Below, piece after piece: positions 52,983 to 61,578 of a stretch of 64,000 bases of DNA (within the stretch, counting starts at the first letter, position 1; each line of letters starts with the position of its first letter). Position numbers and translations under genes: made by a program. The stretch is taken from the NCBI GenBank assembly GCA_041398225.1, contig JAWKVD010000016.1, positions 11,177 to 75,176 on the forward strand, in the 5' to 3' direction. The notes below the pieces were generated by a model. The model had not been told where the DNA came from, searched no databases, and saw only the letters and a program-made list of their open reading frames with translations. Origin of the DNA: Hyphomonadaceae bacterium (GTDB lineage Bacteria > Pseudomonadota > Alphaproteobacteria > Caulobacterales > Hyphomonadaceae).

Positions 52983-54920
52983 CTATTTCCCGTCCACCGA
53001 GAAGGCCAGCAACACGTTGCCTTCGCGACCGGAGAGATCATTTGGATCGCCTGTCTGCCGACCGGCATAGCCAGAGTGGACATACACCATCCCACCCGCA
53101 ACAGTCGGTCCGGCGCCGTCCATCACGCCGCCTGAGACTTGCCGTCCCAGCACTGATGTGTGCGGCTCGCCTGCCGTATTGAAATCCCAGAGCACTTTTC
53201 CATCCGCCGCAGCATAAGCGCGAAAATGTCCATTCATGGCGCCGGCAAACACGACGTCAGGTATGACCGTGACAGCCTGAGACATGGCCGGGCTACAGAA
53301 GATGTTATTCCAGCGGCACGGCAGAACCGGCGATGGCGCGCTCCATGCGACGCTGCCATCGCTGATGTTGAGTGCATAGAGGCCAGGCTTGGGGTCGGTA
53401 AACGTCACAACGTCGGAAATCGCGACATAGACCTTGTCCGCGTCGGCTGCCGGACCAAACTCGATGCCGCCGAGGGCGCTACCCGGAGACAGCCGCGTCT
53501 GCCAGACAAGCTTGCCGCCGTCAGCCGGGTCGAGCGCCCAGAGAATGCCGGACTTCTGGCCCGCCAACAGCAGCTGTCGGCCGTTCCTCTGAGTGTGCAG
53601 GATCGGCGATGCGCCAAGGGCAAAGTCCGGACCCACAACAGCCGGGCAGTTGGCGGCGCCTGGACATCCGATGATGTAGTTATCGTCCGGCCAGACCTGA
53701 TTTTTCCAAACGACCTTGCCGGTACGCAGCTCCATTGCCATCACGGCGTTGGAACCATCATGCGGGGCGTCCGTGTGCGAGTTTGAGGTCGATACGTAGA
53801 CAAGGTTACGCTCTGGATCGATCGTTGGCGCCGACCAGATTGACCCGCCAGCTGGGCCCCACATCTGCTGTCCCTTGGCGTTGAGCCGATACGGCATGTT
53901 CTTCTGACTCGTCGTGTAAGTCTTCCAAAGAAGCTTGCCCGTGTATGCGTCCAGCGCTACGAGCGACCCAATGAAGCGACAGCATTCGTAGTTGTCGTTG
54001 GTCGCGAAGGCCTCATTCCCGGTTGAGACTGGAACCAGGAGAATGCCGTCCCACAATGTGGGGGAGCCGGTCATTTGAACCCCTGTTTCGGTTTCGATCT
54101 GCGTGCGCCAGATCTCCTCGCCGGTATCGGCATCCAGGGCGACGGCGCTCTTCGTCCAATCTGAATAGTAGAGCGCCGTCTTCGCTTTCGCCCCCTCGGG
54201 CATCGTCCCAAGATGGACGCTTGACCGCGTGGCGGCCCCGGCATCGTGCCGCCAGTAGACACAACCGGTCTTGGCATTGAGCGCATAAACCGCTCCCGAC
54301 ATCGACGTCACGAAGAGCCGTTCGCCGACAATGGTCGCCTGCCCGTTCTTGGATCCGGGATAGTGGAACGCCCACTTCACCTTGAGTCGCGGGACATCTG
54401 CCGCCGCAAGACCAGGACTCGGCTGGAAACGCGCATTGTCAACAGCCGGACTCCAGCCGACCCACCGGTCCGCTGCGGTCAGATCGACAGCCGGGGTCGG
54501 CCCTTCGCACTTCGGTGCGTCCAGAGGCATTTCCGCAGAAGACGGCCCCCAGATCGCGTTGGAGTCCGGGTCATCAGACGAGCCCCGGTCACCCGCCACA
54601 GGGCTCAGATAGAGCGCGATGGCTTTCATCTCATCCTCACTGAGCCCGTCAGCCATCGGCTGCATGATGCCAGTGCGCATCGCGGCGAGTATGAAAGTGG
54701 GCGGGTTACTAGCGATCACCTCACGAGGCGGGGTCCGGTCGGTCGGTTGGTCGTGACACGTAGCACAACGAGCCTCGTACAACGCCCTGCCCCGATCAGA
54801 ACCAACGACAACCGATTGCTCCTCTGCAGGAGGTTCGGATCGCAGCGACTCCGCGCAGGATGCCGAGACTGCAAGCAGCGCAGCGGTGAGAAGCGCACGG
54901 TGTAGATGCCTTCGGGCCAT
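52983..54920 (-). CDS. Quinohaemoprotein dehydrogenase: N-terminal cytochrome c domain plus PQQ beta-propeller (polyvinyl-alcohol-dehydrogenase-type architecture)
   Basis: Signal peptide. CATCH haem-c motif at 54753-54767. Repeated PQQ-propeller blades (AVYALNAKTGCVYWRH, VALDADTGEEIWRTQ, LVALDAYTGKLLWKTY, MAMELRTGKVVWKNQ, LWALDPADGGKLVWQT, LYALNISDGSVAWSA, FRAYAAADGKVLWDF). Confidence 0.75.
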   Translation of the reverse strand: MARRHLHRALLTAALLAVSASCAESLRSEPPAEEQSVVVGSDRGRALYEARCATCHDQPTDRTPPREVIASNPPTFILAAMRTGIMQPMADGLSEDEMKAIALYLSPVAGDRGSSDDPDSNAIWGPSSAEMPLDAPKCEGPTPAVDLTAADRWVGWSPAVDNARFQPSPGLAAADVPRLKVKWAFHYPGSKNGQATIVGERLFVTSMSGAVYALNAKTGCVYWRHDAGAATRSSVHLGTMPEGAKAKTALYYSDWTKSAVALDADTGEEIWRTQIETETGVQMTGSPTLWDGILLVPVSTGNEAFATNDNYECCRFIGSLVALDAYTGKLLWKTYTTSQKNMPYRLNAKGQQMWGPAGGSIWSAPTIDPERNLVYVSTSNSHTDAPHDGSNAVMAMELRTGKVVWKNQVWPDDNYIIGCPGAANCPAVVGPDFALGASPILHTQRNGRQLLLAGQKSGILWALDPADGGKLVWQTRLSPGSALGGIEFGPAADADKVYVAISDVVTFTDPKPGLYALNISDGSVAWSAPSPVLPCRWNNIFCSPAMSQAVTVIPDVVFAGAMNGHFRAYAAADGKVLWDFNTAGEPHTSVLGRQVSGGVMDGAGPTVAGGMVYVHSGYAGRQTGDPNDLSGREGNVLLAFSVDGK

Positions 54921-54943
54921 GTGTCGTCCTGCACGTTGGTTGT

Positions 54944-57376
54944 CTAGAAACGATAGCGCATCACTACGGAATAGAACCTGTCCGCACCATAGGACAGCGT
55001 CCGCGCAGTCTCTCCGCCAATGACAGCCACGTTGACGTTGTCGGAGTAAAGCTCGTCGAACACGTTTGAAGCGCTGGCGGTGACATCGATCCGGTCGTCG
55101 GCCGACCGCCAGGTCAGCGAGAGGCCGGTGATCGTGCGTTCATCGACGTGGAAGCGTTCCTGATTGAATGCGGACGCGTAGTAGTCGCCTTGATACGCGA
55201 TCGAACCGCCCGGATAGAGATAGCTGCCGTCCGGAAGGGCAATGCCGAAATAGCCGTGGACGCTGGCCTTATGCCGCGGCGTCCGAGGGATATCGTTCCC
55301 TGACAGATCCTGTGGGGTCTGGTTCGTGTCCGGTTCGGTGATATCCACCGCGCCGCACACCGGCGGATTGGCCCCCGGCACTATTGGGCAGAAGCTGTCA
55401 AAAGTCGGATCGAGATAGGTATACGAAAAAACAATGTTGGACCTGTCGGTCGGCTGCCAGGTGGCCTGGAATTCCGCTCCCGAGATGACCGCCTTTTCTG
55501 CATTCTCGAACCGGGAATACACGGGGCCGACCGGCTGGTCCTCTCCATTCACGTTCACGATGGAGCGCGCGCTGATCGGAATCTGCATATCGAAGAAATT
55601 CTGCAGGAACACCGACCCGTCGAAGCGAAGATCGCCCACCTCATAGGTCCAGCCCAGTTCGTAGACGTCGAGCGTCTGTGGTTCAGCAATGTTGTTCGGT
55701 GGAAGGCCCTGGCCCAGCGTAAACGCCGAAGCCTGGTATCCACGCGAGTAGGCGGCGTAGATCTCTTGACCTGAGGCGGGCGCCCACGCCAACGCAATGC
55801 GGCCGGAAAGATCAGAATCGCTCTGTTGAGGTTGGGCCGCGTGAACAACCGGAGAGAAGTCGCCCGCGAACAGCGGCGGGTAGTAGTACACGTATCGGAA
55901 ATTGGTCTTCGCGCCCTTGTCGTCCCAAGTGTACCTTAGTCCCGTATCGAGCCTCAGCGCGTCCGAGATGTCGTAGACAATGTTCCCGAACACTGCGGTT
56001 GAGCGGATGTTGTAGACATTGCGCTGCTCGTAGGTCGACAAGTCTGGGTTCGGCGCCGCGAGAGCAGGACCATTGCCCTGCGTGGGAGTCCCCAGCACTG
56101 CGTCGGCGCCGGGAATGTTTTCCCAGTATCGTTCGTCGAAATGCTGGTTGAAGTAGTACGCCCCCACCACCCAGTTCAGCGCATCCCCTGGCTTGCTTTC
56201 CAGGCGCAACTCCTGCGACCAGAAATTGTTGTCATTGTCGTAGTTTGATCGGTAGTCCGTCGGCACCACCGTTCCCGGCGCAAACGGATCGGTTGGCGCA
56301 GCGACGTAGCTCGCGCGGGACGTGAGATCGAGGTCAGCCGAACCCAGCGCGACATACTGCTGATAGCCGCCGACATAGACCAGCGTTGCAAAATCGAGGT
56401 CGTAGTCGATGTTCAGGATGTCCTGGAAGTTGTTGTCCAGCTTGTCATAGCCGACATAGTCGACATTGATCTGGAAGGGCTCCGACGGGGCCTGCACATT
56501 GTAGTTGTACTGCGGGTTTGGCGCGAGCCCTCCAAAAACAGGACCCGTGTTGTAGGTCGCAACGGTCGGATAGCCCGGCTGGTTGTTGTAGTCGAAGTGC
56601 GTCGCCCGATTGCGAACATGCAGACGATCGCCCTCATATTCCAACTGGAACTCGTAATACGTATTGTCAGTCGCAAAGCCAGCGTCCTTGGCCGAACCAA
56701 TATTGTCCTGCAGCGTAGGCCCGTGAAACTTCTGTATCCCCAAGCGATACTCAAGCTCTTCGGTTATAGGACCGGAGATATTGAATCCAACATCGTACCA
56801 TCCTTCGCGGCCAACACCGATTTCGATTTCCCCAGTGAAAGATGATGTCGGCGCCCGCGACAGCAGGTTCACAGAGCCGGCTATCGAATTGCGCCCGTAG
56901 AGCGTGCCCCCCGGTCCACGCAGAAACTGGACGTTGCCGCCAAACAGAGTGCTCTCTGCAATGTTGAACGGCACTAGATTTATGAAGCCATCGACATACT
57001 GAACAACGGCGTTCTCCTGCCCCAACAGAGTCTGCGGGGTCTGGCGCCCAACGCCGCGCACGTTCAGGCCGAACTCGTTGGTGAAGACAAAGCCCGGCAT
57101 GACGTCGACCAGCTGGCGCACATTTCCCACGCCAGCGAGATTTCGATCCTCCGCATCGATGACCGAAACGGATTGTGGCTGATCCAACACCTCATTGAAC
57201 GACGAACCAGTAATGGTGACGATTTCGTCCCCCCGCTCCTCGATCACGATGGAACGCTCGTCGGATTGCCGTTCATCCGCCGGCGGTTTGGATTCGGCTT
57301 GCTGAGCCATAGCAGGGAATTCGGCCATCATGGCGCCAGCCGCGCACGACAGCCCCAACAGAAATCGGGCGTTCAT
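54944..57376 (-). CDS. TonB-dependent outer-membrane receptor (810 aa)
   Basis: Signal peptide MNARFLLGLSCAAGAMMAEFPAMAQQ, plug region (...SVSVIDAEDRNLAGVGNVRQLVD...), long barrel, and C-terminal ...YSVVMRYRF. Confidence 0.85.
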   Translation of the reverse strand: MNARFLLGLSCAAGAMMAEFPAMAQQAESKPPADERQSDERSIVIEERGDEIVTITGSSFNEVLDQPQSVSVIDAEDRNLAGVGNVRQLVDVMPGFVFTNEFGLNVRGVGRQTPQTLLGQENAVVQYVDGFINLVPFNIAESTLFGGNVQFLRGPGGTLYGRNSIAGSVNLLSRAPTSSFTGEIEIGVGREGWYDVGFNISGPITEELEYRLGIQKFHGPTLQDNIGSAKDAGFATDNTYYEFQLEYEGDRLHVRNRATHFDYNNQPGYPTVATYNTGPVFGGLAPNPQYNYNVQAPSEPFQINVDYVGYDKLDNNFQDILNIDYDLDFATLVYVGGYQQYVALGSADLDLTSRASYVAAPTDPFAPGTVVPTDYRSNYDNDNNFWSQELRLESKPGDALNWVVGAYYFNQHFDERYWENIPGADAVLGTPTQGNGPALAAPNPDLSTYEQRNVYNIRSTAVFGNIVYDISDALRLDTGLRYTWDDKGAKTNFRYVYYYPPLFAGDFSPVVHAAQPQQSDSDLSGRIALAWAPASGQEIYAAYSRGYQASAFTLGQGLPPNNIAEPQTLDVYELGWTYEVGDLRFDGSVFLQNFFDMQIPISARSIVNVNGEDQPVGPVYSRFENAEKAVISGAEFQATWQPTDRSNIVFSYTYLDPTFDSFCPIVPGANPPVCGAVDITEPDTNQTPQDLSGNDIPRTPRHKASVHGYFGIALPDGSYLYPGGSIAYQGDYYASAFNQERFHVDERTITGLSLTWRSADDRIDVTASASNVFDELYSDNVNVAVIGGETARTLSYGADRFYSVVMRYRF

Positions 57377-57758
57377 CCATGTCCTCCCTGCGCCCGCTGT
57401 CCCGCGGGCTTTAGCGTCTCACCACACCGCCCGGTGAGGGGGCGCGGAAGCGATAGCTGAAGAGAACCTCTTTCCGTCCGACCGGTCAACTAAATTTGCC
57501 GAATTGGTATGTTTTTAGGTTTCGCGCATGCTGAGACGGGCGTCAGCACCGCGCACTACGCGGCATCTAGTCTTCGCCAAATAACCCCCATTCTGCTTGT
57601 ATATTTTGCATTTACAACCAAGTATCGGAAGTATCGCTCGCACGAAGCGGTCCTCGGCTCGGCTTAATTTGAATCGAATATTTGCCTATTAGGTCTCTTC
57701 CGAAAAGGGCGGGGACAACCATAATTTGAGAAACCAGCAATATCCCCGCGGCCAATGC

Positions 57759-58132
57759 TGTGCCCCCGGAGGTTCCCCCATTTGATGCCAGGATCCGGCC
57801 CTATTGGAGGGGACACGGACGATGCGTAAGAGCAGGTTCACCGAGGAGCAGATCATCGCGATCCTGGCCGAGCACGAGCTGGGGCTGTCGACGAACGAGG
57901 TCTGTCGCAAGCACGGGATCAGTTCCCCGACTTTCTACAAATGGAAGGCGAAGTTTGGCGGCATGAACCTGTCGGACGCCCGCAAGCTGAAAACGCTTGA
58001 GACCGAGAACGCTCGGCTGAAGCGCATGCCGGCGGATGCGATGCTGGACAATGTCGTCCTGAAAGACCTGCTAGGAAGGAGCTGACGACGCCCCAACAAA
58101 AAAGCGGGATGCGGCGTTGAAGGGCACCGCGA
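57759..58132 (+). mobile_element. 5' fragment of a third IS3-family (IS407-like, more divergent) element, cut by the IS6 insertion
   Basis: orfA is intact. orfB-frame homology (KRDAALKGTAKE) stops where the IS6 IR (..ACTGTCAGG) begins. The left boundary is estimated from the 59-nt IR-to-ATG spacing of the 42.9 kb copy. Confidence 0.5.
57822..58085 (+). CDS. IS3-family orfA (HTH subunit)
   Basis: [69 protein letters not shown].... Confidence 0.7.
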   Translation: MRKSRFTEEQIIAILAEHELGLSTNEVCRKHGISSPTFYKWKAKFGGMNLSDARKLKTLETENARLKRMPADAMLDNVVLKDLLGRS

Positions 58133-58830
58133 AAGAACTGTCAGGTTATTGCGCGCTGATGAGCTGAAGTTACCGCTAGTCTGTTTCTGCGCCCCTGCAG
58201 CCCACGCTTTGTCCGCCCGCGACCCAAAAAATCCACAGCGGTCGCCGGCTGATCAGGTGACGCTGATAGTCAAAGGCGTTGTAGATCGCTCCATGCGTTT
58301 CCAGGAAGCGCTGCGCCGAGATCCGAGATTGAATCCCTGCATCTTTCGCTCCCGTCGTCGGATCGGAAGATGCGAGTTCTCTGCGCGATTGTTCTCGCGC
58401 AGTCGACCCGGTCGATGGACGTGGCCGAGATCAAGCGCTTTGAGCGCAGCACAGCAGGACGCCAGCCCGTCAGTGATCACCGTTTCGGGCTGACCCTAGT
58501 CCGTAGCAAGCGATGCAAAAGGCGAAGCGCTGCCCTCGTATCGCGCCGCTTCGGCACAACCAGATCCAGCACTTCGCCTTCGTCATCGACGGCGCGCCAG
58601 ATGTACACGCGTTCGCCGCCGATCGTGGAGACCATCTCGTCCAAATGCCAGCGCGGCGATGCAGGCAACTTCCGCCTGTTGAGCTTGCGCGCAATGATCG
58701 AGCCGAATCTGGCAGTCCAGCAGCAGATCGTCTCGTAACTCACATCGACGCCACGCTGAGCCACCAGCTCCTCGACATCCCGAAAGCTCAACGTGAAAGG
58801 AGACAGGATAGCGTTAGACTGACAGCACCG
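58133..58830 (-). mobile_element. Degenerate IS6-family element (about 700 bp; 5' deletion plus frameshift in the transposase)
   Basis: IR cores CTGTCAG at 58138-58144 and CTGACAG at 58819-58825. Transposase pieces lie in track ORFs 58477..58791 (FTLSFRDVEELVAQRGVDVSYETI...) and 58253..58480 (ITDGL...[25 protein letters not shown]). About 130 bp is missing relative to the 35 kb copy. Confidence 0.7.
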
Positions 58831-58899
58831 CCAGATAGTCCCGCTCCACCACTTTTTGCGTTCTAGTGCTCGGGCTAGTGTTCAGGACATCCGCCGAAG

Positions 58900-60117
58900 T
58901 CACTCGCCCCAGCGCGGGAACGGGTCACGGTATGGCATGCGTTTCGATCGCCCGCCAGGCGCGTCGAGACCTGCGGGAATGTCCGTGAGGCAAGCGTCGA
59001 GGCGCGCGCGCAGTGCCGCTTCGTCCATGTCGGCGCCGATGAACACCAGCTCCTGTCGGCGATCGCCCGTATCGGCGTCCCAATTTGCGACGACCATGGA
59101 CCGCCAGGTCTCGTTCTGCGGCCAGTTTGAACGCGGCACGGCGGCCCACCACCGGCCAATGCCCTGATGCTGAACCATCGCGCCGGCCTGGCTGACCTCG
59201 CCCACCCAGTCCGGACGCGAAGCGATCCAGAAATGGCCTTTCGCGCGGATCACGTTGGGCCATGGCTCGCTGAAGAAAGCATAGAGCTTTTCCGGATCGA
59301 ACGGCTTGCGCGCGCGATAGACGAAACTGCCGACGCCATAGGTTTCGGTCTCCGGCGTGTGCTCGGCGTAGCCGTAGAGCTCCTTCGCCCACAACGGATG
59401 CTGGTGGGCCTTGTCAAAATCGAACCGGCCGGTGTCGAGAATGTCGGACAGCGGGGCGCGGCCATAGCTCGTCTCGACAATCCTAGCGTCGGGGTTGAGG
59501 GCCGTCACCACCTGCTTCACCAGCGCGAGCTGGCCGGGCGAGACGGCGTCGGCCTTGTTCACCACCACCACGTCGGCGAACTCGATCTGCTCGACCAGAA
59601 GCGAGACGAGCGCGCGGCCATCGCCTTCATCCGCCGCTTCGCCGCGATCGCGCAGGAAGTCGGCCGAGGAATAGTCCTTGAGCAGATTCACCGCGTCGAC
59701 CACCGTGACCATGGTGTCTATGCGCGCGACGTCACTGAGGCTTTGGCCGTCCTCGTCGCGGAAGTCGAAGGTGGCGGCGACGGGCAGCGGCTCGGACACG
59801 CCGGTGGATTCGATCAGCAGATAATCGAAGCGCCCCTCCTCAGCGAGCCGGCGGACCTCCTTGAGAAGATCGTCGCGCAGGGTGCAGCAGATGCAGCCAT
59901 TGCTCATCTCCACCAGCGTTTCGTCGGTGTGCGACAGGTCCGCCCCGCCCTGGCGCACCAGTTCGGCGTCGATGTTCACCTCGCTCATGTCGTTGACGAT
60001 GACCGCGACGCGCCGGCCTTCGCGATTGCCGAGAACGTGGTTGAGCAGGGTGGTTTTGCCCGCTCCCAGGAACCCCGAAAGGACTGTGGTGGGGAGGCGC
60101 TCGCGATTGGCTGTCAT
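58900..60117 (-). CDS. CobW/COG0523-family G3E GTPase (putative zinc metallochaperone, ZigA/YciC-like)
   Basis: [18 protein letters not shown] (P-loop), [13 protein letters not shown] (CxCC metal motif), VVVNKAD, plus a C-terminal CobW_C-like domain. Confidence 0.85.
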   Translation of the reverse strand: MTANRERLPTTVLSGFLGAGKTTLLNHVLGNREGRRVAVIVNDMSEVNIDAELVRQGGADLSHTDETLVEMSNGCICCTLRDDLLKEVRRLAEEGRFDYLLIESTGVSEPLPVAATFDFRDEDGQSLSDVARIDTMVTVVDAVNLLKDYSSADFLRDRGEAADEGDGRALVSLLVEQIEFADVVVVNKADAVSPGQLALVKQVVTALNPDARIVETSYGRAPLSDILDTGRFDFDKAHQHPLWAKELYGYAEHTPETETYGVGSFVYRARKPFDPEKLYAFFSEPWPNVIRAKGHFWIASRPDWVGEVSQAGAMVQHQGIGRWWAAVPRSNWPQNETWRSMVVANWDADTGDRRQELVFIGADMDEAALRARLDACLTDIPAGLDAPGGRSKRMPYRDPFPRWGE

Positions 60118-60152
60118 GTTGATCCTTCGCGCGGTGCGATGCGCGGCGTGAT

Positions 60153-60167
60153 TGATATGTTATATCA
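60153..60167. promoter_or_regulatory. AT-rich 6-3-6 palindrome TGATAT-GTT-ATATCA; candidate Zur/Fur-family operator
   Basis: Read directly from the sequence, 36-50 nt upstream of the CobW-like start codon (60117). It is the only AT-rich patch in that intergenic region. Confidence 0.35.
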
Positions 60168-60199
60168 TCATATTCTATGGAAAGACCGGCGATATGCAA

Positions 60200-60483
60200 T
60201 GGGTCGGCGACCGGGCAGTTTCCGGCGGTTGAGGTTCCTAGCGATCTGTGGGCCGAACTTGATGGTCCGGCAGCGGGTCGTTTCATAGCTGACGTCAACG
60301 CCACGCTGGACCATCAACTCCTCTACGTCCCAGAAGCTCAAAGTGAACCGGACGTAGAGCCACACCGCGTGTCGGATAACATCCGCGGAAACCTGTGCCT
60401 CTTGAAGAAATCGCCTTCATCGCCCCCCTTCGCAAAATCGGCGAATATCGGAGGCGGGTTAGCGCTTGTCTGACAGCACCCAG
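60200..60483 (-). mobile_element. 5' fragment of a third IS6-family copy (IR plus first ~60 codons of transposase)
   Basis: IR core CTGACAG at 60470-60476. The transposase N-terminus FKRHRFP.../VWLYVRFTLSFWDVEELMVQRGVDVSYETTRCRTIKFGPQIARNLNRRKLP loses homology at about 60200. Same orientation as the 58.1-58.8 kb copy. Confidence 0.6.
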
Positions 60484-60491
60484 CCTGAGCT

Positions 60492-61469
60492 TCACTCGGG
60501 CAGGTTCTCTTCTCCCAGAGCCGTAAGCACAAAGCCGATTAGCCAGCGGACGGCCGGGTCGCGAGCCCGGTCCGGATGATACAGCAACCCCATCTCGATC
60601 CTTGGCGTCGGATGGGGCGGCTCCAGCAATTGCAGCTTCGGTTCAAACTGCTGCGCCATCCGCCGCAAAGTCAGCGTCACCTGATCGGTGCGAGCGGCGA
60701 TGGCGATCGCCTGAATTGGATCGGTGACGATAAGCGTCGCGCCGGGTCCTGGACCATGGCGGCGCCCTTGCCCGGCCGCCTGCTGCGTCGCATCGCCAAG
60801 GTCGCGCGATTCGTCGACGAACCTCCGCAGTTCCGGATAGCCGGACATGATCACACGGTTGAACTTCTCGATGATGATGTGGCGCGCGCCAGCCAGCATA
60901 TCCATCGTCAGCGGCGCGCGAATGTGCGGATGCCCCCGCCGGGCGACCCACACCATGTCTTCGGTCGCGAAGGGCTCCCATTCCAGCCGACCGGCAAGAC
61001 TGGACTGCACGCCGAAGAGAAGGTCGAGCCGTCCGTGCTCGACATCCTCGGCCGACTGATCCTCGATACGACGCAGACGCAGCCGCACATTCGGCGCCGC
61101 GACCGCAAGCCGCTCGACCAACGCAGGCATGAAGACGGCGGCGACATAGGACCCTGCCGCCACCACGAACTCGCGTTCCGTCGTCGCCGGATCGAACACG
61201 TCCCGGCTGATCGCGTCACGCAGCCGCTCCATCGGAGGACGAATCCGCCGGCCGGTCTCCAGCGCGAAAGCGGTCGGAACCAAACCGCCGCCCCGCCGCT
61301 CGAACAGGGGATCGCCCAAGGCGAGCCGAAGGCGTCTCAACGCGTGGCTCACCGCCGAGGGCGTCAGCGAGAGTTCCTGCGCCGCTCGCGAAACGCTGCC
61401 CTGATCGAGAAGCGCGAGAAGCACCCGCAGGAGGTTGAGGTCGAGATTTCTAAAATGAACACTGTTCAT
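60492..61469 (-). CDS. LysR-family transcriptional regulator
   Basis: FRNLDLNLLRVLLALLDQGSVSRAAQELSLTPSAVSHALRRLR is a canonical LysR HTH, followed by a substrate-binding domain. Divergent from the efflux genes. Confidence 0.85.
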   Translation of the reverse strand: MNSVHFRNLDLNLLRVLLALLDQGSVSRAAQELSLTPSAVSHALRRLRLALGDPLFERRGGGLVPTAFALETGRRIRPPMERLRDAISRDVFDPATTEREFVVAAGSYVAAVFMPALVERLAVAAPNVRLRLRRIEDQSAEDVEHGRLDLLFGVQSSLAGRLEWEPFATEDMVWVARRGHPHIRAPLTMDMLAGARHIIIEKFNRVIMSGYPELRRFVDESRDLGDATQQAAGQGRRHGPGPGATLIVTDPIQAIAIAARTDQVTLTLRRMAQQFEPKLQLLEPPHPTPRIEMGLLYHPDRARDPAVRWLIGFVLTALGEENLPE

Positions 61470-61578
61470 GTTGCACGTGCGTAAATGTCATTTGGTTCAA
61501 AGCAAGTGTCAACCTATCTGAGGCACAAGGCGCGGACGGGGGCTGTCCCTGCTGACCACATTCTCTACGAGGCCACAC

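Noticed and set aside
57377-57520. Possible riboswitch (for example cobalamin) in the leader of the 810-aa TonB-dependent receptor. Two short hairpins are present (CTCACC..GGTGAG and GCCCGC..GCGGGC).
   Set aside because: I could not find a B12-box (GCCACTG-like) or any other riboswitch core I recognise. The hairpins are short and generic.
58098-58104. A_AAA_AAG heptamer in the 58 kb IS3-family fragment as the programmed frameshift site.
   Set aside because: It lies 12 nt downstream of the orfA stop codon (58083-58085), so ribosomes translating orfA would not reach it. The G_GGA_AAG site used by the other copies is mutated in this copy.
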